Of a stretch of DNA of 64,000 bases, positions 36,192 through 46,000 are shown one piece after another; within the stretch, counting starts at the first letter, position 1, and every line of letters begins with the position of its first letter. A program made the translations under genes and the position numbers. The notes beneath the pieces were generated by a model, which was not told where the DNA came from, ran no database searches, and was given only the letters and a program-made list of their open reading frames with translations. Origin of the DNA: Candidatus Albibeggiatoa sp. nov. NOAA (lineage in GTDB: Bacteria; Pseudomonadota; Gammaproteobacteria; Beggiatoales; Beggiatoaceae); NCBI RefSeq assembly GCF_025800385.1, contig NZ_JAOXRS010000223.1. One strand, 5' to 3'.

Positions 36192-37376
36192 ATGGGTTTG
36201 TTACTCTTTGGTCATTGGGTTACTGCTGCCGAACCGTATAAACTTTATTTAGACGCAGATCAAACAAGTACGATTGAATCAACTATTTCCATTGAACAAG
36301 GTATTCTAACGGCGTTAAGTGAAGTTAATCATGAGCTAGCAGGTCGCCCCGTTGAATTAATCAAGTTAGACCATCAAGGTAATTCAGCCCGTAGCCGCCA
36401 ACATCTTGAGCAGTATTTACAAGATGAACATGCACTGGCAATTTTTTCTGGCTTACATTCTCCGCCTTTACTCGCCAATTTGACATTTATCAACCAACAT
36501 AAAATCTTGACCCTTGTACCATGGGCTGCCGCCAGTCCTATTACGCGTTATGCAGAAGGTGATAACTGGGTATTTCGTTTATCGATTGATGATAGTAAAG
36601 CAGGATATGTCATTACAAATTATGCAATCAAGCAACGAGCATTTAAGATACCGCATTTGTTATTAGAGCGTACAGGCTGGGGCAAAGCAAACCATAAAGT
36701 CATGACTAAAGCCCTTAAAGAATTGGGTTATACGAAAAATCCGCGAGTCACTTGGTTTAATTGGGGAACGCCTGAAGGCAAGGCGCGCGCAATTTTACGC
36801 ACAATTGGGCATAGTAATGCCGATGTGATCTTTTTTGTAGGCAATGCACCAGAAGGAAAAACTTTTGCCAAAGCAATGCTGAAATTACCCGAAACACAAC
36901 GTTTACCAATCGCTAGCCACTGGGGTATTACAGGTGGCGATTTTCCTAAAGTAATTGATGCTTCTATGCGAGAGCAATTGGACTTAGCCTTTATTCAAAC
37001 CCGATTTTCATTTTTAGATATTGATGCCAATCCATTTGCGCAGAACGTATTAAGCCAAGCAAGCCAAGTATTTCCAGAGCTACAAACAGCTTATGATGTG
37101 CAAGCTCCAACAGGATTTATTCATGCCTATGACTTAACAAGAATATTGATTGCAGCTGTCAATCAAGCGCAATTAACAGGTAACATCATGCAAGATCGAG
37201 CCGCTATTCGTTTGGCATTGGAACACTTAAAACAGCCTGTTAAAGGATTGTTAAAAACTTATGAGCAGCCATTTAGACCTTTTTCTGCCAAGCATAATGA
37301 TGCACATGAGGCCTTAAATATCAAAGATTTTACAATGGGACGCTATGGTAAACAGGGAGAAATTGATTTATATTAA
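36192..37376 (+). CDS. Periplasmic substrate-binding protein, LivK/Peripla_BP_6 (branched-chain amino acid-type) family
   Basis: YKLYLDADQTS....GI..AL.EVN..LAGRPVELIKLDHQGN, AIFSGLHSPP, and the rest of a type-I SBP fold. Start is uncertain. The ATG at 36192 gives a short signal peptide MGLLLFGHWVTA. The TTG at 36156 ([12 protein letters not shown]...) gives a better n-region and overlaps the kinase stop. The track start at 36030 overlaps the kinase by 155 nt and is unlikely. Confidence 0.7.
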   Translation: MGLLLFGHWVTAAEPYKLYLDADQTSTIESTISIEQGILTALSEVNHELAGRPVELIKLDHQGNSARSRQHLEQYLQDEHALAIFSGLHSPPLLANLTFINQHKILTLVPWAAASPITRYAEGDNWVFRLSIDDSKAGYVITNYAIKQRAFKIPHLLLERTGWGKANHKVMTKALKELGYTKNPRVTWFNWGTPEGKARAILRTIGHSNADVIFFVGNAPEGKTFAKAMLKLPETQRLPIASHWGITGGDFPKVIDASMREQLDLAFIQTRFSFLDIDANPFAQNVLSQASQVFPELQTAYDVQAPTGFIHAYDLTRILIAAVNQAQLTGNIMQDRAAIRLALEHLKQPVKGLLKTYEQPFRPFSAKHNDAHEALNIKDFTMGRYGKQGEIDLY

Positions 37377-37464
37377 CCTATGTTATGTTTGAGTATGTTA
37401 TCATTATTTATGCAACAAGATACATACTCATAAAGATTTGATGTAAAAGGAATGTGTTAAGCTC

Positions 37465-38040
37465 ATGGTCATGATATTAACCGCCATCGCTGTTATTAGT
37501 GTGTTGGCTTTATTTTTTGGCTTACTGCTCGGTTATGCCGCAATTCAATTCAAAGTAGAAAGTAATCCCATTGTAGATCAAATTGATGCATTATTACCTC
37601 AGCAACAATGTGGTAAATGTACTTTTCCTGGATGTCGCCCTTACGCTGAAGCCATGGCCAATGACGAGGCTGAAATCAACCAGTGCCCTCCCGGTGGTGA
37701 AACTACCATGTTGGCTCTTGCGGAATTGTTAGATAAAGAGCCTAAGCCATTGGATGGTGATGATGATTTAGAAGAGAATATTAATTTAGTCGCTGTTATT
37801 GATGAAAAAACCTGCATCGGTTGTACGCTGTGTATTCAAGCTTGCCCCGTTGATGCAATTTTAGGTTCAGCGAAACATATGCATACCGTGATTGCAAAAG
37901 AATGTACGGGTTGTGAGCTATGCTTGCCACCTTGCCCAGTTGATTGTATTACTATGGAACCTATTCCTGAAACCACAGTGACATGGAAGTGGCCTTACCC
38001 TATCCATACAATGGATGTGGAACAAAAAAAAGCGGCTTAA
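37465..38040 (+). CDS. rnfB: RnfB/RsxB-type electron-transport ferredoxin subunit (no other rnf genes in window)
   Basis: N-terminal membrane anchor. [15 protein letters not shown]...NQCPPGG 4Fe-4S-binding N-domain. Two CxxCxxCxxxCP ferredoxin motifs ([24 protein letters not shown]). Confidence 0.8.
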   Translation: MVMILTAIAVISVLALFFGLLLGYAAIQFKVESNPIVDQIDALLPQQQCGKCTFPGCRPYAEAMANDEAEINQCPPGGETTMLALAELLDKEPKPLDGDDDLEENINLVAVIDEKTCIGCTLCIQACPVDAILGSAKHMHTVIAKECTGCELCLPPCPVDCITMEPIPETTVTWKWPYPIHTMDVEQKKAA

Positions 38041-38289
38041 ATCCGTGAAGCCAACTGATCTAAAATAGTGGTGGCTCGTTCAAATGACGCTTAAAAGCAG
38101 CCAAAAAAAACAGGTGAAATTATTTTCATTTGAAACAAGACCCTATTCTCTCTTTAGTCTGTATATAGATTTCATTTTCGGTATTTCTGGTGTATGTGCG
38201 CTGAAATACCGATCACAAATAAATTGATAAATCTCCATGGTTGATTGATAATTGCTGATTGATAACTGATTTTGGAGTTGCGGTGAACC

Positions 38290-39882
38290 ATGACCCAACA
38301 GGTCTATGATGTCTTAATTATCGGTACGGGTGCAGCTGGCTTAAGTTTAGCGTTAGAACTCGCACCACATGCCAATATTGCTATTCTATCCAAAGATTCC
38401 GTTGATGCTGGAAATACCTCATATGCCCAAGGCGGGATTTCTGCTGTGCTCAGCGAAGATGATTCTATCGAATCTCATGTTAAAGATACTCTAATTGCAG
38501 GCGCAGGCTTATGCCACCGTGATGTGGTTGAGTTCACAGTGTCTGAAGGCCCTGACAGAATTGCATGGCTGATTGAACAGGGAATGCCATTTACACAAAT
38601 TCCTAATACAGAACAATATCACCTGACACGTGAGGGTGGTCACAGCCATCGTCGTGTGATTCATGCCGAAGATGCTACAGGGCAAGCCATTGTTGCCACA
38701 TTGAGTAAGCAAGTACATGAACAACAAAATATTACTATTTTAGAAAATCATATCACGATTGATTTAATCACAGGTAAAAAATTAGGCCTACGCAACGCTC
38801 GTTGTCTGGGTGCTTATATTTTTAACCGTGAAACAATGGAAACCAGTGTTGTACGAGCGAGATATGTGATTTTGGCCACAGGTGGTGCGGGTAAAGCTTA
38901 TTTATATACCAGCAACCCTGATGGCGCGACAGGTGACGGCATTGCGATGGCATGGCGAGCAGGTTGTCGTGTTGCAGATATGGAGTTTATCCAGTTCCAT
39001 CCTACTTGTTTTTATCATCCTGATGCAAAATCCTTCCTAATTAGTGAAGCAGTACGTGGTGAAGGTGGACAATTATTGCTACCTGATGGTCAACGCTTTA
39101 TGTCCAAATTTGACGAGCGTTTAGAACTTGCTCCACGTGATATTGTGGCGCGTGCTATTGACCATGAAATGAAACGCCTAGGTTGTGATTATGTATTCTT
39201 AGATATTAGTCATAAATCGGCTGACTTTATCGTTGCACATTTCCCGAACATTTATCAGCGTTGTTTAGATTTTGGTTATGACATGACGTGTGAGCCAATC
39301 CCTGTTGTGCCTGCTGCACATTATACGTGTGGTGGTGTGTTAACCAATCAATTTGGGCAAACCGATATTGAAGGCTTATATGCTGTAGGCGAAGTGGCGA
39401 GCACAGGTTTACATGGCGCGAACCGTATGGCGAGTAATTCATTGTTAGAGTGTTTAGTATTTGCACATAGTGCTGCCGAGCATATTTTGCAACATCTAAC
39501 TGATGTACCGAAGCCACCGCACTTACCTGAATGGGATGAAAGTTTAGTCATTGATTCTGATGAAGAAGTGGTTGTTTCTCATAACTGGGATGAGCTACGT
39601 CATTTTATGTGGGATTACGTGGGTATTGTACGTACCACTAAACGTTTGCAGCGGGCTAAACATCGAGTGGAATTATTACAAAAAGAAATCGATGAATATT
39701 ATAGCCATTTCCGTGTGAGTAATGATTTGATTGAGTTAAGAAATTTAACCCAAGTGTCTGAGTTAATTATTCGCTCAGCATTATTGCGTAAAGAAAGTCG
39801 TGGCCTGCATTACACATTGGATTATTTAAAAACCAGCCCAATCGCAACCAATACGATTTTAACACCTGAAAACTACGGGTAG
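38290..39882 (+). CDS. nadB: L-aspartate oxidase
   Basis: [15 protein letters not shown] fold, [62 protein letters not shown]. 530 aa. Confidence 0.95.
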   Translation: MTQQVYDVLIIGTGAAGLSLALELAPHANIAILSKDSVDAGNTSYAQGGISAVLSEDDSIESHVKDTLIAGAGLCHRDVVEFTVSEGPDRIAWLIEQGMPFTQIPNTEQYHLTREGGHSHRRVIHAEDATGQAIVATLSKQVHEQQNITILENHITIDLITGKKLGLRNARCLGAYIFNRETMETSVVRARYVILATGGAGKAYLYTSNPDGATGDGIAMAWRAGCRVADMEFIQFHPTCFYHPDAKSFLISEAVRGEGGQLLLPDGQRFMSKFDERLELAPRDIVARAIDHEMKRLGCDYVFLDISHKSADFIVAHFPNIYQRCLDFGYDMTCEPIPVVPAAHYTCGGVLTNQFGQTDIEGLYAVGEVASTGLHGANRMASNSLLECLVFAHSAAEHILQHLTDVPKPPHLPEWDESLVIDSDEEVVVSHNWDELRHFMWDYVGIVRTTKRLQRAKHRVELLQKEIDEYYSHFRVSNDLIELRNLTQVSELIIRSALLRKESRGLHYTLDYLKTSPIATNTILTPENYG

Positions 39883-39898
39883 CATACGGATTTAAATA

Positions 39899-39938
39899 AT
39901 AATGGCGTGTTCAAACTGATATTGATACACGCCATTAT
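39899..39938. terminator. Hairpin between convergent nadB and the Ig-like protein gene
   Basis: 12-bp perfect inverted repeat ataatggcgtgt...acacgccattat with a 16-nt loop. Flanking T/A runs are weak. Confidence 0.45.
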
Positions 39939-39943
39939 ACAAG

Positions 39944-42373
39944 TTATTGCACTAAATCCACTTCGATCATTCCAATGCCGCTATGAGATAAACTATTCAA
40001 CACGGCAGCATATGCACCTGAATTAATTTCAACCGTTGTTGTTTTTGAAGTGGTATCAGCAAGAACCTGCCCTGTTGTAAGGTTAATCACCGTCATTTGA
40101 GTTTCAACTTGTCCTTGTAATATATGGTTTCTGATGGTGACATGTTGGCTTTGCTGACCTTCAACAATGAAATTTAAAATCAACTGTCTATCTAACACGC
40201 CTCTGACACTAATATTAGATAAATCCAACTGGTTATTTTGTAAACTAATTCCTGTCATGCCACGCCCTTGAATGCCACTAGAAGATAACTGCATCGTGTA
40301 TGCGCCTGCTGCCAATGCCCGATTTAGCATAAAACCCTCAGTATTTTGTTCTTGGATAAGGACGTTGCCATAAAAACCTAGTGTTGTATCGTGTAACACT
40401 TCATTCAAGGTCATCTGAGGTAAAACACCTTGATCTAATAGCTCAGCATGTAACGTCACATCATTTAAACCATCGCCATCTAAAATAAAACCAAGTATCA
40501 CATCTTCCGCGCCACCATTTAATAATGCGCTACCGCTAAAATTTAATAAATTCAATGGCTGCAATGTTGCTTCAGACGTATTGACATCGGGTGTTGTCTC
40601 CACTGTGCCTGCATTCAATTCAGCTGTATCAACTTTAGCAACTGGTTCTGGTTCAAGCGTATCAGGTTCTGGTGCATTCGAAATATTTTCTGAGACTTGT
40701 TTTTTTCCATAAAAGCGTACAACACAATTAATATGGTTCTGCATGTCAATGCGTTGGTCTGCACAATCAGGGTTGCCTTCCCAAGCAATATTGTAATCTG
40801 CTGTGGTCAAACCATTAGCATCTCTAAAATCCACTAATTCAAGTTTCAATTTTGTACCACGATAAAACATTGCACGACAATGACCTTCTCCATATTCACA
40901 ATCAATTCCACTGGGAACACTTCGAATATGGGCTTGAGAACTAGAAATTCTAAATTGGTAATAATCTTGTTGAAACGCATTTTGTACTACTGGGGCTTTG
41001 ATAATGACGCTTAAGAGTTTTGAACGCTCACTCTGATTGCCTGATGCATCTATTGAAATTGCAGTAATATCGTGATTACCCTGAGGTATGTTTCTTGAAA
41101 CGATTTGCCATTTGCCATCAGTTGCCGTCGTTCTGCCAATAAAGTGAGTCACATCATAGAATAATTCAACGGTTGAACCTGTTTCAGCTATACCTGTAAA
41201 TGTGGGGGTTGGATCAGTTGTGATGTTGTCACTATTAGATGAACCCCTATCACTTTCATTCGTCATATCGGGTTTTGAAGGTGTTTCAGGTGCAGAAAGG
41301 TCTAAGGTTAAACTATTTGAAATAAGATAAGTACTTGCATTACCCGCACGGTCAACGCCAGACACCTCAATATCATAAGTACCTTCATCAATGGAATCTA
41401 ATCTGTTATCCGCTAATACCCAAGTGCCACTCACATTATTACTCACTGCATTGGATAAATATTGAGCAGGTTGAGTCAAGACGCGTACATCTATTTCGGC
41501 CTTCCAATCATCAGTAGACCCTGTTAATTGTGGAGTTTGGTCATTGGTGGTGAGCATATCTACAGAATATGCGGCTGGGATCGTGTCTATGGTAATGATT
41601 AAAGGTTTCGATAGATCACTGACATTGCCCGCTGCATCAATGGCTTTGGCTGTATAACTGTATTTTCCATCAGTCAGGGCGGCATTATCAGGTATAGAAA
41701 TTGACCAATGACCACCAATAGCGATTGCCGTATCAACTATACTGTTCTGCTCATCATAAATAATAATCGTGGTGTTTTCTTCTGCCGTACCGTTTAATAT
41801 TGGAGTGGTGTTATTAGTAATTTTATCGCTGTTAGATAAACCCGAGTCGGTGCTTGCGTCCAATTTTATTGTCGGTGCATCTGGTGCAATATTATCTAAT
41901 TCAACAGGGATATAAGGTGCAGCGCGTAATGGATAACCGAATACAGCAAGACAATAGAAATGGTCTGTACCTGCATTATTTTTGATATAAATCAGGTTAC
42001 CATCTGAAATATTGTTAATGCTTGCATTACATGATTCATCTGAAATATCAGTACATTGGCCAATCGGGCTGGATACACGATCAGAGCCATCACTCGGGTC
42101 ATCATATATTGACCAAGCTTTCTTAAATACCTCATATTCATCATAATTTATATCAGTATGACATCCACAATAATTAATTCTTGATGTGTCTACAGCATAA
42201 TCTACGCAATTGGTTGCCATAACAGGTGATGCGGACAGCATGAGCCAACCGAACAATAACAAAATGTAGTTGATGAGTTGTGGATAAGCAACATAGTGCC
42301 TACTAGCATCATAATTTTGAGAACAATAAGTCGCACGAGACCCTGTCCAAGAGTAGAAGAGATTCATACCCAC
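39944..42373 (-). CDS. Secreted protein with Cys-rich N-domain, three bacterial Ig-like (Big) domains, an InlB-B-repeat-like module and a C-terminal beta-rich domain
   Basis: Signal peptide ...LLLFGWLMLSASPVMA. Three copies of the pattern D...SN(S)D.ITN(D)..P...GTAE.....V.......G......G.W.......L..G.....A...D.AGN.S. Module SVPSGIDCEYGEGHCRAMFYRGTKLKLEL...IAWEGNPDC. The N-terminal extension of the ORF is uncertain. Confidence 0.8.
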   Translation of the reverse strand: MGMNLFYSWTGSRATYCSQNYDASRHYVAYPQLINYILLLFGWLMLSASPVMATNCVDYAVDTSRINYCGCHTDINYDEYEVFKKAWSIYDDPSDGSDRVSSPIGQCTDISDESCNASINNISDGNLIYIKNNAGTDHFYCLAVFGYPLRAAPYIPVELDNIAPDAPTIKLDASTDSGLSNSDKITNNTTPILNGTAEENTTIIIYDEQNSIVDTAIAIGGHWSISIPDNAALTDGKYSYTAKAIDAAGNVSDLSKPLIITIDTIPAAYSVDMLTTNDQTPQLTGSTDDWKAEIDVRVLTQPAQYLSNAVSNNVSGTWVLADNRLDSIDEGTYDIEVSGVDRAGNASTYLISNSLTLDLSAPETPSKPDMTNESDRGSSNSDNITTDPTPTFTGIAETGSTVELFYDVTHFIGRTTATDGKWQIVSRNIPQGNHDITAISIDASGNQSERSKLLSVIIKAPVVQNAFQQDYYQFRISSSQAHIRSVPSGIDCEYGEGHCRAMFYRGTKLKLELVDFRDANGLTTADYNIAWEGNPDCADQRIDMQNHINCVVRFYGKKQVSENISNAPEPDTLEPEPVAKVDTAELNAGTVETTPDVNTSEATLQPLNLLNFSGSALLNGGAEDVILGFILDGDGLNDVTLHAELLDQGVLPQMTLNEVLHDTTLGFYGNVLIQEQNTEGFMLNRALAAGAYTMQLSSSGIQGRGMTGISLQNNQLDLSNISVRGVLDRQLILNFIVEGQQSQHVTIRNHILQGQVETQMTVINLTTGQVLADTTSKTTTVEINSGAYAAVLNSLSHSGIGMIEVDLVQ

Positions 42374-43090
42374 CTCTTTTTACTGGAATTTAAATTGTAT
42401 TCTCCTAAACTTGATGTGTTTTTTAGCTTTATAGCATCAATGATTTAAATGATTACTTTTAGCTAAAACACGGTAATTTTTTGATTTTAAAATAATTTAA
42501 ATAACATCAAGAGGAGTTTATCTCTGGTTTTAAAAAGGAGACTTTTTAGTTTAGAGCAATTATCAAACCACTTACTTGTGGGTATGGGTTAATAAATAGA
42601 ATTTATACAAATTTAAAATAGTGGGATATTTTTATAACTCATTATTATATATGTGGTTATATAATGGAAAGCATTTGATATTTTTGAGTTTATAATAAAT
42701 AAGCCTCAGGTAGAGTATGTATTTTAAACTTTATAAATCAGTCTATTAAAAATAACCTAGTTTTTAAATAAGAATAGAAAATATTGTGTTATATAAGGAA
42801 ATATAAATACACAGAAAAAAGTATATTATTTTTACTTATTTTATACAAAGGTAGTGTCAGAAATATGTCATATGGGAAGTGCAGTTTTTTATATTTTTTA
42901 GCGTTTCTATTAAATCAGCTTAAATACTGGATTTATCTAATTTATATACCAGTGGCTGTTATTAAGGTGATTCCCGATTTTGATAAAGATTAAGTGTCAC
43001 AACATGTGCACCTGTGGTAATTTCGACAGTTGTTTTTTGAAGAAATATCCTCATTACATATTTCTCTTGTATTTTTAGAAGATTTTGATT

Positions 43091-46000
43091 TTATTGAATT
43101 TGTTTTGTTACTAGCAAGTTAAATACTAACCATAAGTCCTCATATTGCACTTGATAGGTTAAGAACAGTTCATCATTGATTGTTTGTAATTGAATACGAG
43201 GTTGTCGTTTTTCGCCCAATTTCAATCGAATCATATCTACGTCAAAGTCAGGCTCTAATTTGTATATTTCAGCAGGCTGTTTGACACTCACCGTAAAACT
43301 ACCATCCGCGTTGTATAACACTTTATCTACATTCTCGAATTGCTGTAATAAATCTACTAAGTGATTAGGATAAGCTACAGTTGGATAAATTTTTTGTTTT
43401 GAACCGTCTGCATAAGTGATTTGGGCTTCAGAACGCGCACGGAAACTAGGAAACCCTAATTCACTAGGAAATTCCATCCCAAATCCACATTCACAAAATG
43501 AATCAGGCGCAGGTTCAACAAAAGCATCAAACACACCGATCATCATCACTTCTGTTTCAAAGCGGGTTCGACGGGTTTGTGGTGGATTTAGCCCCATCAT
43601 CACGTCACCATTTGGACTCATTAACATTTCACCGTCTCGACCTAAAGCACGTTGTAAATCTCGTGGATTATTTGGCGCGGGAATCAGTTCAAATTGTTGA
43701 AAATCAGGGGTTGTCATGCGAAAACGGCCATTTTCTAGCAATGCCACACCGACAGCCACATCGAGCGGTGCTTGTTCAATGTTGTTGGCATCAGGCATAA
43801 ACGCGAAAACCGTACCCTCATATTCACCTGTTCCCACAATGTTAAAAATCCCAAATTGGTTCTGAGTAAAAATAAACTGGCTTAAGTCAACTTCATCTAA
43901 ACGTGTTGCTTTGAGAGTTTGATTTAAACTGGTTTGAACGGTGTTGCCCGTGCCTAAGCCTGCAAAGCCTAAACGCGAGCTTGTATCTGGTATAAATGGT
44001 AATTGAATATCACCCAAGACTTGCTGATTTGAAAATGCTGGAAAGCTTAACAATCCATCGACTGGGGCAGTCAACGCACCTGTTTGTATATCGATTTGCC
44101 ACGATGTTGGCAGGATAGTTTGAATGGTTTCAATGCTTACAAGTTCAGGATTTAGATTTGCGAGAATTTTACTAACTAAAAGTGCATTTTCCCATTCTGT
44201 TGGATTTAAAGTGGTCAAATGGGCTTCTGTCCATAAATGCATTATCTGTGGGTCAAAAGCCGTCATATTATCTCGAGTCAAACCTGTAAATGCGGCTATG
44301 GGAATATAAGAGAATTGCGCAAGCGATAACTGATTAATAATACGGACTGACATAAATTGCATGGCTTCAGCATTGATACCTGCAAACGCTTCGGCAGGAA
44401 TTAGAGCCAGCTCATGACTATCCAAAATTGACCAGATTGTGGGTTCAAATTGTATGGTTTCTGCGGTTAATTGACTCAATTGGTTTGGATCAAGGTTAAA
44501 GTCTTGTAAATCGGGTGAAGTTGTATCATTGGGCAAAATGACGTTAATGAGTGTGACATTGTCTGGAAGTATCGCTGTTGGACTAAGGCGGACATTTTTT
44601 AAAATTGAACCTTCATTAATGTGTGCCATACCAATAAAAGGCGGATTTTTTACATCACCAATGATTTCGCCATCAATAATGCCCCCAAATAACGAACTGC
44701 CTGCTTGCAATCTCATCAAGCCTTGGATTGTACCAAAGTTACGTAATCGCCCTGTTAATGCACCTGAGCTTAAACTACTTGCCAATATTGCATTTTCAGC
44801 AATCGTAATATTTTGCATCAGTCCGTTATTATCAATTTGACCTGCAACCACACCACCTATTAACTCAGAATATTGGGTGAGATGAATATCTTGCACTATA
44901 CCTTGGTTTTGGTTTGAGCCACTCATTTTGCCGCCAGCCAATACTGAATCAGGCAACAAAGTTATATCCGCCACAAGACCAATACTTTGATTTGTATTTT
45001 CCAATGATCCGCCCGTTACTACACCTGCTTTTAAAATACTGAGATTACCCGAGATTTGATTATGATTACTGGTTGGCACAGGGACGATGCCCAGCTTTGA
45101 CGTTTTTGGTAAACCGCTATTACTTGTACTCGTTATTGGAGAATTTGAACTTATTTCAGAGGGAAGGATAGGCTGCTCATTGGGTTCAGCAGGTAGAGGA
45201 ATGACGGGATCAGTTGGTAATGGCACAGTTAGTTCAGGCTCTAAAGGTTCAATAATGGGTAGTTCTGGTGTCACAGGTTCAACTGGAATTTCAGACTTAT
45301 CACTTGGTGCGGATGTAATGATGGGGATTGGCTCAGTTATTTCTGGATCAACAGGTTCATCAACAACATCACAATCTAGGCTTGATACATTTAACTCTGC
45401 TGAGGGTGATTGAGTAGCATCTTGTAAAGCTGAAAGTATATAAATATAGCTTGTAGAACACGTAACGGTATTATCTGTGTAGCTAGTAGAATTGGCTGCT
45501 AAATTACTGAGTAACTGTCCATTTCGCGATAATACAAAACCTGTTTCAGTATCATAATCATCCGACCAAGTTAAGCTAATCGAAGTTTGTGTAATATTAT
45601 TCGCACTGAAATTACTGGGTGCATTGGTTAATTCAGGACAATTCGTTGTAGTAAGGGTTTGAGAAATAGCTGAAGATGTTGAACCATCACTGGCAATCGC
45701 GACTAAGTTGTAAATATAGGTTATGCCACATTCAAATTCTGTATCGATAAAACTTTCTGTATTACGACTTAATTCAAACTCAACCAGATTATCCTCATCG
45801 CCTTCAATATGTCTGGTTACAATAAAGCCTGTTTCTAAATTGGTATTATCAACCCATGCCAAATTAATTTCTGTATCGGTTTTGTTTATTTCTAAATTGC
45901 TTGGCGCACAAAGTGCTGTTGTTAGATTGAAACTGATGCTACTAGAATTGTTGGCACTGCCTCTGGCTACAATCGAATAAGTGTAATTGGTTTCACAAAT

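Noticed and set aside
42920-42932. 13-nt identical string ttaaatactggat at 42920-42932 and 50679-50691 (both intergenic)
   Set aside because: In 64 kb of AT-rich DNA, several exact 13-mer coincidences are expected by chance. The flanks diverge quickly, and there are no inverted repeats or target duplications suggesting a mobile element.
42784-42993. 69-aa ORF in the 717-bp spacer between the two giant surface-protein genes
   Set aside because: It has a non-ATG start, an AT-rich-noise composition (K/Y/I/L/F), and no RBS. It is more likely non-coding promoter DNA.
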